Made by a program: the position numbers and the translations under genes
IMG/VR virus record: IMGVR_UViG_3300033076_000395
Location: 1 to 30,453 of that record
Source: a virus
Taxonomy: Duplodnaviria; Caudoviricetes
Reading direction: 5' to 3' (one strand)
DNA: 30,453 nucleotides
The notes under the pieces: generated by a model
Seen by the model: only the letters and a program-made list of their open reading frames with translations
Told to the model about the DNA's origin: nothing
The model's database searches: none
Part shown: in pieces, positions 19,301 through 27,318 of the stretch
How the letters are laid out: each line of letters opens with the position of its first letter
Position numbering within the stretch: the first letter of the stretch is position 1

Positions 19301-20221
19301 GCTTTCTTTTGTATCTGGCAACTTACTATCTTGCCATTTAATTAAATCAGAAGTTACCTGATCTTCTATGATCTTTCTGGCAGCTGCACCTCTATCCTCC
19401 CTACTTTGACGGAATTTAAAAGCAGATGTACTTTCAAGAGGTTGTCTTCCCATAGCTTCAGCAAATCCAGCTTCACCTTTTGCATAAGCTTCTTTATCTA
19501 TTGCTGCAGGTCCAGATACAGTTTCTGAATAAGAACCAATCTCTCTTGGTGCTTGTACTATTGCTGCAACTAATTGAGATGCTTGAGCTTCTGCTTCATC
19601 TAATGAAGCTCCTTGGCTAAGCAATTCATCTTTAAAATTTGTCCAAGCAGCAACTTCATCTTCAGACAATTTTGCTGCATATTCTCTTGCAGGACTTGCC
19701 TGCTTTAATTCTCCACCAGAAGGTACAGAAACTTTCTCGCCAGCCTTAGCTCTTTCTGCTGTGATTGGTGTAAATCTTTTTTGCTTTTCAAGTTCTCCAG
19801 CTGTATCAAAAGCTCCAGCTTCAACTGGTGGAAGACCAGTTTCTTCTGATGGTTGTTCTAATTTTCCAGCAGCAATATCTTTCTTGATTTGCTCAGCTTC
19901 ACGCTTTAATCTTTCGCTTTCAGTTTCATATGCACCTTCACCAAAAGAAATATCCTCTGGAGCTGCAGCTGCTTCTTCTTCTGTAAAAGAAGTTTGAACT
20001 GGACTAGAGAATGGTTTTACTTTCTCCTCTCCAAATTGAAGAGTGCCAACGCTAGGAAGTGGTTCTCCTAGCGCCTGTGCAGTTCTTAATTTAGAAACAC
20101 CTTCACCAACTCTTTGCTTTAGAAAGCCATCTTTTGCTTTGGATGATCTTAGAGAATTATAGAACTCTCTATCGCTTTCTGAAAGTAGGTCTATTGGATT
20201 GATCTCTTTTGGAGCAGCCAT
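13349..20221 (-). CDS. Large internal virion (DNA ejection) protein
   Basis: 2290 aa, helical, last of three post-tail genes. Has glycine-zipper segments and the C-terminal EAEAATLAKNTLLDYSQISEWERK...FYSF pattern seen in podovirus ejection proteins. Confidence 0.7.
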   Translation of the reverse strand: MAAPKEINPIDLLSESDREFYNSLRSSKAKDGFLKQRVGEGVSKLRTAQALGEPLPSVGTLQFGEEKVKPFSSPVQTSFTEEEAAAAPEDISFGEGAYETESERLKREAEQIKKDIAAGKLEQPSEETGLPPVEAGAFDTAGELEKQKRFTPITAERAKAGEKVSVPSGGELKQASPAREYAAKLSEDEVAAWTNFKDELLSQGASLDEAEAQASQLVAAIVQAPREIGSYSETVSGPAAIDKEAYAKGEAGFAEAMGRQPLESTSAFKFRQSREDRGAAARKIIEDQVTSDLIKWQDSKLPDTKESFWVSMKDPVAGGIDPEKVAKWKEDRFRKRVYDQEANIVTKTMTLLINGERAKGAEVAEGSPEYKRLKDYATQIGELWLEEAAPEIYKERTSPRTLTTGAKELLEEATKTKSEEGQLYETKTGAALRDVGGLIRFLTDPVIAAATYDVNPDGTPVDPTDWNYKLHNLYSSEVEGITKLTGKSDAGIAAAQFLGTIGTLGTGPLATSARQVGSGVTGKDELTSGNYLSDVAYAMAVGRSVGDDFSDLPATKYFYENVVPESMGGGKGSLWPFMFGLGVEVALPVLPTTAVGGALKGTSAFGKTWGLAPTLARLGNAETAAYVAIAGDIIENPFTKTAGPLARRSIEISKARDIAKAFGAEPMSYSKIFSTEPVTELAARTIAPAVADAVRSGGKLPEAFASIVKEVEVADKTIDEVASSLDQILQNSEKISASPYANYISRVVANSSVKIIDDAIKTAEKSGSTALELEPYYDALRQAKSISKLSTYGTVGSSDLANFLGDLRGLAEWTVDAENSIISKIKSGVGDLIVSDRIAAELAKSNYNDWLFVTPTMIVKNSAWEKSGKEVDDLVKSIIFGTSKDSDIQKIAAEMIDGETVIIKEEQIDPIIERLSKELGPKVSSQKYWSDIATKISSGEKITVEEFNAVNDVIRSSIVREVLKGSDVLNPRATSKLTEKAAVPVVRRLEGVRAVEDVTRATGMALRQLPKFEGVMKGVASTTIGKAIYKYTSKVAGLIPSKAITTEGISLPIYNALQKVGAQVNNLPAELIAEFRLQLANTGANASDVFTDMVDKYVTAKIPVSETGLVRADAVADMYWDMTRRFFSLPDLSNFKLGETFLSKDGPIYKILERRLGGIDENGFLGEAIGGVQGGRSQVVDIFEEIISEVRSTNPFLQTKGARTITADAIADIFIGKMLDAKKDIIIEGFAAEVLMKHPELVYTYEPAKAAIIAKDAAGITSEIAGNASRNYDMITKTIKPGEKWGAPIGLKTVEVVDEEADVVDVVEVVTRDTKGLGDYDRLIHPLVMQAVSEVIGKTFTGKAWDKVAEEVYFKVTNTIISKGLVNSEQIAEELQKYYDGVFKIDGTVSSVQRILAQNYPAIDFGEWMGKAVQEAPKRLGREEYKKIADAIIADPAKFTDDGRVIEAIKRTTSDIGELDKGLRERIMADPAGYMGDDLLKEFDEYSLLIQNLKEGKGLRGAGLPQLIIEGRIKAPTEEISELVRRRVGTAIDPEGSLAYDEALLGKINDWISGAGTDGVKIFTSDILKEATGNRKALVDLVVEDTLSTSRSAVLERRGLIAQIIDKGQVDKTTTGFRFKRSAYTPRIIENASTLFRQGMIENALQLSVNDVTAKMIGLGFDFKSSAGGFEAINVAIDNLNGMRLFLDPDSYKFLNQVTMNNRFVAAGLEDLTKANKDAADFWKSRIGWMAGTIRRNTIGGMLGGIWSMNTRFLGVNNFTAPIIASVTNPTYVMTVALNIPKATVKPILEASKEVPLVGRALAGASTGATTGAVVGGIPGALAGAGIGAATTIALPYAGKLSDWFKGTSLGRKAIDKVPDFIKPADYVVSANGKIFTNGEISRIFRTNVYKMSQYDFDFGTALLQDVKRAAEVNEAGYSANFLEQVRRGYGPFTRNSSFWNIVGSQADYVFREAVFKEALIRGTTEAEAATLAKNTLLDYSQISEWERKLISSWVLFYSFMRQSTWEAVLALGRPQSAATMTKMAIVQKGIEDQYLKRHDAYTAKYGGTRLWAWTDDVTYDGYKVGYYGPSNPMFEAYSRLGGGIYTVIDAGIKGRLFATGVSAVYEMTTKQPHIEYAKQIAELVSPYSGAPNGYFPSAMIVTATETGLFDYMKNKYDLRPVKDKNGNAVIVKKGEPTYGGYQWTFGSTDGKIAFLTDSFLLTSFGAERTLKDWAAATAIANGKDPKNAELKKNKEGRWVLYLAGLETPMSSPEWVTAQEELAKQLSRELQAAKAGKSPTPIERYKMSEE

Positions 20222-20248
20222 ATATTTATTCCTCTATATATGGCTTTT

Positions 20249-22048
20249 TTATTCTACGGCATCTCCATCCATTCCATATCCAGCAGAAGAAGGTGGAGAT
20301 GGTCTGTTTGTTAGATATTTCTGATAAGCTTCGCCAAGAACATTGTAAATTATTTTACCCTTAACATCCTTGGCTACATCAGCACCACCTAGAGTTGCAG
20401 TCATATCTGCACTTCCAGTTGTAGACTTTGATATCTCATCATAAAGATTATCAAACTTAAGTTCTCCTCTTTCATATCTACCTTTGATATCATTATAGAT
20501 TTCAGAACCAGCACCAGTTATTTCTTGTGGAGCGAATGTTCCACCAGCAGCAGCTATTCCTTCTCTTACTTTCTTTGTATAGTCCATTATCTCATCAGAT
20601 GCACGATAAGGAGCCTGTTCCATAACTGGTGCTCTTCTTCCTGCAGTTCCTTCTTTTGGACCAAATCTTCCTTCAGGACCTGGAGGTGTTGCATATTCTC
20701 TTGATGTACCAAGCTCTGGTGCAGTCATTGGAACACCCTGCTCAAATGCTCTGCGTGCTTTTGCTGTCTCACCTGAATAATATGGAGCAATCTGACCAAA
20801 GCCTTTCTGACTTCTATCTGGATAATAAAGTTCTGCACCTCTACGAAGTATATCATCAGCAGTTGGAGCTTCAATCTTTTCTGGTGGAGTATATGGACCA
20901 AGTGCTTCTTTACGTTTTGAAAGTTCACCTTCTCTTACATATGTCTGAAGAATTGGATCATCTACATTTGTAAGTGCATAGTTTTCTATTGCATATTTTG
21001 ATGGATCAATAAAGTTAAGTTTTGAATACATAACTTTCTTTGCTGCTTCAAACTCAGGTGTACCTGGTTCCTTACCAGATAATTCCTTAATCTTTTCATC
21101 AACTAAACTTTCAGCTCTCATTGCTTCTGGAGCATCTATCTTTCCATCATTTCTATATGCATCAATAGCTAATGATCTTAGTGCTATTTCAGTTTCAGAA
21201 GCTATCTTGTCAGATACAGTAATAGAACCAGCAGCACCAAGTTGGTCATCAATATACTTTAATGCCTTCTTCATTTCACCAATTGATGTTCCAGCCATAT
21301 TAACATATTCTTCTGTCTTGTCAATCTTCTTTGCATCAAGACGAGCCTGATCAATCTCTGCTGATGGAACCGCAAATCTTGTTTCTATATCAGTTTTAAT
21401 CTTATCTTGTTCGGCCTGAGTTAGTGGCATACCACCTTTTCCAGCACGAACCTGAGCAGATGTTTCATTATAAAGATGAATGGCTAGAGCCTGCTTCTGT
21501 CCTTCAGAAAGTCCATTGAATGCAACTTCTAGGGATGGATCGCGAAGAATAAAATTATCAATAGCAGCATCAGCAGTTCTTCCAGTTTGTACATTGAACT
21601 TACCAACCTGACCACCAATAGCTCTAGATACCTGATCTGTTGCAGAAACAGGAGCAACGAAAAGACCTTCTGCTTTTGTTACAAGATCAACTCTTTGTCC
21701 AGAAACTTTAGTTGTTTCCTGTGCAATAGTTTCTGCTAGCTTTGTACGCTCCTGAAGAAGAGCGGTACGCCAATCAGTTCCAGCTCCTTTCTTTGCTAGC
21801 TTTCCAATTTCTGCTGAAAATACTTCACGCTCTTTTCTTAGGGCGTTAAGTTCTTCTTCAACACCTTTGAATGCAGCTTCACGATCTTTTTGATAAGCAA
21901 CTTCTGACTGATACTTTTGCTTAAGTTCAGTCTCTGCCCATTGAAGTCTTTGCTTTAATATCTCTTCTTTCTTTTTAAGATATCTTGTTGAATAACTTTC
22001 GCCTGTTGAACTAGCTCCAGGCAGACCTGCTATAGCTCTAATTGCCAT
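20249..22048 (-). CDS. Internal virion (ejection) protein 2
   Basis: 599 aa with an N-terminal coiled coil; positional call. Confidence 0.55.
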   Translation of the reverse strand: MAIRAIAGLPGASSTGESYSTRYLKKKEEILKQRLQWAETELKQKYQSEVAYQKDREAAFKGVEEELNALRKEREVFSAEIGKLAKKGAGTDWRTALLQERTKLAETIAQETTKVSGQRVDLVTKAEGLFVAPVSATDQVSRAIGGQVGKFNVQTGRTADAAIDNFILRDPSLEVAFNGLSEGQKQALAIHLYNETSAQVRAGKGGMPLTQAEQDKIKTDIETRFAVPSAEIDQARLDAKKIDKTEEYVNMAGTSIGEMKKALKYIDDQLGAAGSITVSDKIASETEIALRSLAIDAYRNDGKIDAPEAMRAESLVDEKIKELSGKEPGTPEFEAAKKVMYSKLNFIDPSKYAIENYALTNVDDPILQTYVREGELSKRKEALGPYTPPEKIEAPTADDILRRGAELYYPDRSQKGFGQIAPYYSGETAKARRAFEQGVPMTAPELGTSREYATPPGPEGRFGPKEGTAGRRAPVMEQAPYRASDEIMDYTKKVREGIAAAGGTFAPQEITGAGSEIYNDIKGRYERGELKFDNLYDEISKSTTGSADMTATLGGADVAKDVKGKIIYNVLGEAYQKYLTNRPSPPSSAGYGMDGDAVE

Positions 22049-22800
22049 TATCTACCTCCGTAGCGTTGAACTCTGAAGAAATCATAATCTTGTCTTATCT
22101 CTGCTTCTTGCTGAGGAGTTAGAGAACCTGTCTGCAATCTTTGTAGAAGTGAATTTTCTAATTCTCCAAAGGCTTGTCTTTCAGCTTTCTGCAGTTTGTC
22201 TTGAGCAACTACCTTGGCAACATCACCAAATGCAGCTAATGACTGAAGGTTTGCTTCTCTTGCCATGTCAGCTCTCTTTTGTTCTTCGCCAAGAAGTTCA
22301 TAGATACGAGCTTGTTCAGCTTTTGCTTCTGCCATATTTGCAGCTTCAATTTTGTTTCTTGCTTCTTGTTCCTGAGCAGCAACTCTTTGTTCCTGTCCAA
22401 TACCCATCTTATAAAAAGATCCTGCTCCAACATCTGCACCTTGAAGTGCTTGCTGGAATTGTAATTGCTGTTCTCTACGAGCAGTACGCATTGGATCAAT
22501 CATCTCAGCTTCTAGCTGTGCTCTTTCTCTATCAGTTAAACCAAGTGCTCCAAGCTCTTGTCTACGCTGCAAGTCAGCAAGTTCTTTCATTTGAGCTTTC
22601 TGAAGGATATCTTCATTATAGGTTCCGTAGCCTATTAGACCTCCACCAAGCGCACCTATTCCTGCGCCTAGTCCTGTACCTACAACTGGAACTATCGAGC
22701 CTATAGAAGCTCCTAGGGCCGCTCCTGATGAAGCTCCCTGAAGGGCTGCGGCAGCTCTCTGTTGCTTCATAGCTTGTTCGTATGGATTGTTACTTGCCAT
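22048..22800 (-). CDS. Internal virion (ejection) protein 1
   Basis: Glycine zipper GAALGASIGSIVPVVGTGLGAGIGALGGGLIG followed by a Q/E/A coiled coil; a P22 gp7 / T7 gp14-like layout. Confidence 0.65.
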   Translation of the reverse strand: MASNNPYEQAMKQQRAAAALQGASSGAALGASIGSIVPVVGTGLGAGIGALGGGLIGYGTYNEDILQKAQMKELADLQRRQELGALGLTDRERAQLEAEMIDPMRTARREQQLQFQQALQGADVGAGSFYKMGIGQEQRVAAQEQEARNKIEAANMAEAKAEQARIYELLGEEQKRADMAREANLQSLAAFGDVAKVVAQDKLQKAERQAFGELENSLLQRLQTGSLTPQQEAEIRQDYDFFRVQRYGGR

Positions 22801-22831
22801 ATGTTATCCTCATTAATAGTCTTATTTTTTT

Positions 22832-23515
22832 TTAATTATTTCCGTTAGATCCGCCAGCGGTTAATTCATTACTATCATGCCAAGCTTCAAGAGTAAATCC
22901 CCAGTTAATTAAGAATATATCATTTCCATTTGTATATCCCTCAAGAGATATGTGATGCCATCCCTTGCTTAACTTTTTCATTTGGAAGCCTGTAAAGAAT
23001 TCTCTTTGACGAAGTGCTGGAGAAGTTGCATACCACTCTTCATGTGTAAATGTTTTTGTATCAAGATATGTTATACCATCAATTGCAACATTCAGAGTTC
23101 CTTCTCTTTCGTTTGCAGTTGTGGTTGATAATCCAAAGTTATACATAAGAGGACAAGCAAAGAATTGGAATAGGGCAGTACATTCACTTTCAACATAGAA
23201 TGATATAGATGTGCTTGGATAATATCTTCTAGTATTATTTCCATTTACTGGCTGAGTTGTAGCACCAGCAATCCAAGATAATTTTTCTTCTACAGTTGTA
23301 AATACCTGAGAACCACATACTCCAGAAACAAAGTTAAATGTATTTGGAAGTGGATTAAATGATCCTTTCATTATGTGATGTTTTTGAAAAGGTCCATCAA
23401 CATCTCCAATAAGAACGCCACCATTTATATAAGTTTGTAGTTTATCAAATGCATCCTGAAAACTATCAGCTAGAATTGGTGCGTCAGCTACAACTGGTGT
23501 AAAAGTAAATGACAT
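22832..23515 (-). CDS. Tail appendage protein, paralogue 3
   Basis: 227 aa; N-terminal ILADSFQDAFDKLQTYINGG helix and a beta-sandwich-like C-terminus. Confidence 0.55.
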   Translation of the reverse strand: MSFTFTPVVADAPILADSFQDAFDKLQTYINGGVLIGDVDGPFQKHHIMKGSFNPLPNTFNFVSGVCGSQVFTTVEEKLSWIAGATTQPVNGNNTRRYYPSTSISFYVESECTALFQFFACPLMYNFGLSTTTANEREGTLNVAIDGITYLDTKTFTHEEWYATSPALRQREFFTGFQMKKLSKGWHHISLEGYTNGNDIFLINWGFTLEAWHDSNELTAGGSNGNN

Positions 23516-24462
23516 TATCTATCTCCCTTTTGTAGAACTATTGCTCCTATATTCATTCTTTCCATTTTTAATTCTAATGGATAAAATGGAGTTAGATCTG
23601 CAGCGTTTTGTAAGAATGCCCTAGTGTCATAACCTGGAGCTGTATAGTGTTGAAGTGTCATAATTCCAGTAGTTGCAATACCAAGCTGACGAATAACTAA
23701 TGGTGTATTATCTTCATGCACATAGTTTAAACAACCATGCAATCTTCTCATTGGTTTTACTTCTCTACCAATAGTTACTTCTTCTGATGCTAGATCATAA
23801 ACTGTAATACCATCATCAAGTAATCTTTCATCTGGATTTGTAGATGCTGATGGAGGATCTGTTTGTGGTATAGACATTGGATCTACTATTCCATAATCCC
23901 ACCAAACAGCTCTGCCTGGAAATACTTTCATATTATCTGAAGATCTTGGAGCAGCTACATCCCAATAAACTGGAAAGAATATCATGCAGTTAGATTTATC
24001 GTTTGTTGCTATAGGCCAATTTGCAGCAATGTTATTTAATCTTACAGAATGTATTATTGCTGAGTAGTGAAAACGAAGTACGTCACCTTTATTAAGAACT
24101 AGATAAGGAGGAACATCCCAAATTAAACGTGATGCTCCACCGCCTTGTGACCAGTTTAAAAAGTAAGCTCCCCTTCCGTTTACAGTATTGTCTTCAATAG
24201 AACCACCAGCACCAGTTCCTATCATAAATGTATTGGTTGTTCCATCATCCCATTTATTATAAGCATATGCTGCAGCTTTCATAATAGGAGAAGTTGACTG
24301 AAGGTGTCTTATATCAATTCCTTCAGAACGAACATTATCTTTATTAATTGAAGTTGTAGCAGTAGCTATAGCAGAAAATTTTGCATTAACATCTGCTGCA
24401 AGTATTTCTGCTGGCTGTGCTGGAGGAATTGGCGCTACGTTATCTGTAATTATTTTTGACAT
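23515..24462 (-). CDS. Tail appendage protein, paralogue 2
   Basis: 315 aa; N-terminal ILAADVNAKFSAIATATTSINKDNV, a fibre-anchor-like helix. Confidence 0.55.
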   Translation of the reverse strand: MSKIITDNVAPIPPAQPAEILAADVNAKFSAIATATTSINKDNVRSEGIDIRHLQSTSPIMKAAAYAYNKWDDGTTNTFMIGTGAGGSIEDNTVNGRGAYFLNWSQGGGASRLIWDVPPYLVLNKGDVLRFHYSAIIHSVRLNNIAANWPIATNDKSNCMIFFPVYWDVAAPRSSDNMKVFPGRAVWWDYGIVDPMSIPQTDPPSASTNPDERLLDDGITVYDLASEEVTIGREVKPMRRLHGCLNYVHEDNTPLVIRQLGIATTGIMTLQHYTAPGYDTRAFLQNAADLTPFYPLELKMERMNIGAIVLQKGDR

Positions 24463-25091
24463 TATCTATACCTATTAAGAGCGAAAAGATTTCCTCCAGA
24501 ATAATAGAAGAACTGTTTGTCAGTTCCTGATGTGGAGTTTCTTGATGGAAGTTTAAATCCAATCTTTATTTCTGCAGGACCAGTTGCTATTGGAACTGCA
24601 CCAACTAAATGGATTGTTCCCCATCTTTGATAAAGAAAGTGTGTTTCTGCTATAACATTATTATTTAAAACGATTTGAAACTGAACCCAGTCACCAGATG
24701 TATTTCCACTGATAACATCTTTATCCATCCAATACCAGCAATTAAATTCAATATGAAGAGTTCCTTCAATTGCCTCTATCTTTAATGGATATACTTCATT
24801 ATATTCCCAGCTACTTACATAATCTTTATATACAAGACCATCTACAGTTGTAACTGGAATTACTTCATTATATAAAGTAACTCTGCTTTCTGGCATCTTT
24901 ACATAAGTTTGCCAATATTGATGAAAAGCATAATCTTCAAATTTACTTCCATCAAGAGAAGCATCAGGAATATTTTCTCTATCCATACCAGAGTTTAAAA
25001 TAGCAGTAGATGAATTATAGATTGTGTCAAATTCCTGACCATCTATAATATTCTTCTCTCTAATTTCTCCTTGCTTAGCTAATATAGGCAT
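24462..25091 (-). CDS. Tail appendage protein, paralogue 1
   Basis: Likely start is the ATG at 25091 (MPILAKQ), with AGGAG upstream. Contains IIDGQEFDTIYN...LNSGMDRENI. Confidence 0.55.
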   Translation of the reverse strand: MPILAKQGEIREKNIIDGQEFDTIYNSSTAILNSGMDRENIPDASLDGSKFEDYAFHQYWQTYVKMPESRVTLYNEVIPVTTVDGLVYKDYVSSWEYNEVYPLKIEAIEGTLHIEFNCWYWMDKDVISGNTSGDWVQFQIVLNNNVIAETHFLYQRWGTIHLVGAVPIATGPAEIKIGFKLPSRNSTSGTDKQFFYYSGGNLFALNRYR

Positions 25092-25092
25092 G

Positions 25093-27318
25093 TTAGTAGG
25101 CGCTCCTTGGTCTTGCTGCTTTTGTTTCTGTACCACTTGAATTAAATTCTAATGAGTAATCAATTATGATTATATCATTGGTTGTCTGTAATCCAACGGA
25201 GAACGTAGAAGCAGCCATGTTAGCAACTGGAAATTTAAGTTGAGTATACATTGGTATTTCCCATCTTGCTACAGTGTGATCATTATTGGTGGTTGGACCA
25301 AATACTAATTCTCCAGTTGTTGAATTATAAATATATTGCTCAAGATATTCTGGACGTTGACCTAATCCTGAATTTGATTGGGTGTAATTATAATCCCAAT
25401 CTTTATTATAGAATACATTATATAGATTTGAACCTTCAGTAAAGCAATTTATATAAACCTGCTTTACGTGTTTCTTTAATTGTCCAATTCCAAATACTTG
25501 ATTTGCAGAAATCCAAGTTGAACTAAGTGGACCCTTCTCTTCTATAGAATAATATCCAGGTGTCTGTAATTGTGGAGGATGAAAGGTTGTTCCGTGTCCA
25601 GCATTTCTTCCACGAGAAATAAAGAATAGTCCAGTTTCATCTGGTACTAACCCAGTATATCCAAATGGTGTACCTAATGACTGACCTACATTATGTCCAA
25701 ATATAAATTCACCTCTAGCATCTACAGTTAAACATCCTACGGGAAAGCCTTCTCTTAAAGACCAAGACTTCTTTTCCATATGAAATACTACGCCTAGGTT
25801 ATTTATATCTGATCCATCAGCAGCAAAGTAAAGATGGTATTCTCTCCACTTTTCTGAGTAAGCTCCGCAAGCTCTAGCAATCATTGACTTATTTAATCTC
25901 TTCATCGTATCAATAATTGGTTTGGAAATCTTTGTAACTTCCATTTTAGAACCACCATCAAAACCACCAGAGACTAAGAAGATGCCATCATTTGAAAGGA
26001 ATACAACGCCAACCTCTGGAATAAGAGTTATGGTATGTAGTGCTCTAGTTCCTATTCCTTGTACAAGTGGAGATAATGTAAATCCATTTGTAGCATCTCC
26101 TCTAATTAAATCAATTGCATTCTCACGGAAGACTAGTAAATTATTATAATAAGTAAATAATCCAGTTACATCACCGCCTTGACGAGATCCTACTGAGAAG
26201 AAATCGAGTGCTCTATATTGATCGACTTTGAGTGGTTGGCTGTAGTAAATTTTCTGGGGGTCTGTTTGACCACCATCAATAAATAAACAATTCTTAAAAG
26301 TTGCAGAAAAACGTGTGGCTGGAGCAGGGAATAAAATAGAAGCATCGTCATTTGGGGCTACTGCTCCAAGTCTTGTATCCTTTGTATAATCAACATAGTT
26401 AGTTTCAATATTGTTAATGATGGTATCAACATAATAATATATCTCTTCTAATGTTTCACCATCTTGAAGATTTTTTGTTCTCCATATTTTTCTAGCAATA
26501 CATCCTGCAGGACCAAGTGGAACATTCTCAAGATAAACTGCTTGGGCACGATCATCAAAGTTTGGATCTCCAGCATGATGAGTTATCCATCCAGCAGCAA
26601 TAGAAGGAGCTGAGAGTGGACTTTCAGATCCATCTTCCATCAAGAAAGATACCTTCCATCTATAAAGATTTTCTGCATCTTTTGTCTTTATTCCAAGGCC
26701 ATAAGATTTATCCATCTTAAATGTATGTGGTTCAATTGGCATAACAGTCTGATCTGCTATACCAGAAGATCCATCAACGTTAGGTGTCCAAGGAAGTGGA
26801 GGATTTGGTGCTTCCATAAATCCAAGACCTACTGTTTTTACACCATCAAACTTTATTGGTCTTCCATTTCCAGACAGAATGATAAGGTTCTTTCCAATTG
26901 GATTATAATGTGTATATACCTCATCTGCCGCAGGAACTGATCTTTGACTATCTATAGTTATTTTATTTAAAGTATTTCCTTTCCAATAATGCAATTTCAT
27001 ATTTGCATTTGCATCAGTAGGAAATATCTTAGTAGTTGCTCCAGCATAGTCCTGCTCAAAAAGAAGAAATGACTTTGCTCCTTGATGGGTATTCCAAAAA
27101 TAAGTTGAATTTACTGGACCTCCATTTTGAAATCCAGCCCAATCATTTCTAGATGTTATTGCAGGAACAATACTTTCATATCCAAGTCTATTATCCCAAC
27201 CCATTGACTTTGTATCTATAGTCCAGTTGGTAAGTTTATAACTTGAATTTTCTACAGGATCTATACTTTCATCAATACCAAGTATGCCCTTATATTGTGG
27301 CTTGTTATCAGTTTGCAT
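25093..27318 (-). CDS. Tail nozzle / DNA stabilization protein (P22 gp10 / T7 gp12-like)
   Basis: 741 aa, beta-propeller-like (KIYYSQP, GGDVTGL, LLVFRENAI, VVFLSNDGIF). Follows the adaptor gene. Confidence 0.75.
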   Translation of the reverse strand: MQTDNKPQYKGILGIDESIDPVENSSYKLTNWTIDTKSMGWDNRLGYESIVPAITSRNDWAGFQNGGPVNSTYFWNTHQGAKSFLLFEQDYAGATTKIFPTDANANMKLHYWKGNTLNKITIDSQRSVPAADEVYTHYNPIGKNLIILSGNGRPIKFDGVKTVGLGFMEAPNPPLPWTPNVDGSSGIADQTVMPIEPHTFKMDKSYGLGIKTKDAENLYRWKVSFLMEDGSESPLSAPSIAAGWITHHAGDPNFDDRAQAVYLENVPLGPAGCIARKIWRTKNLQDGETLEEIYYYVDTIINNIETNYVDYTKDTRLGAVAPNDDASILFPAPATRFSATFKNCLFIDGGQTDPQKIYYSQPLKVDQYRALDFFSVGSRQGGDVTGLFTYYNNLLVFRENAIDLIRGDATNGFTLSPLVQGIGTRALHTITLIPEVGVVFLSNDGIFLVSGGFDGGSKMEVTKISKPIIDTMKRLNKSMIARACGAYSEKWREYHLYFAADGSDINNLGVVFHMEKKSWSLREGFPVGCLTVDARGEFIFGHNVGQSLGTPFGYTGLVPDETGLFFISRGRNAGHGTTFHPPQLQTPGYYSIEEKGPLSSTWISANQVFGIGQLKKHVKQVYINCFTEGSNLYNVFYNKDWDYNYTQSNSGLGQRPEYLEQYIYNSTTGELVFGPTTNNDHTVARWEIPMYTQLKFPVANMAASTFSVGLQTTNDIIIIDYSLEFNSSGTETKAARPRSAY

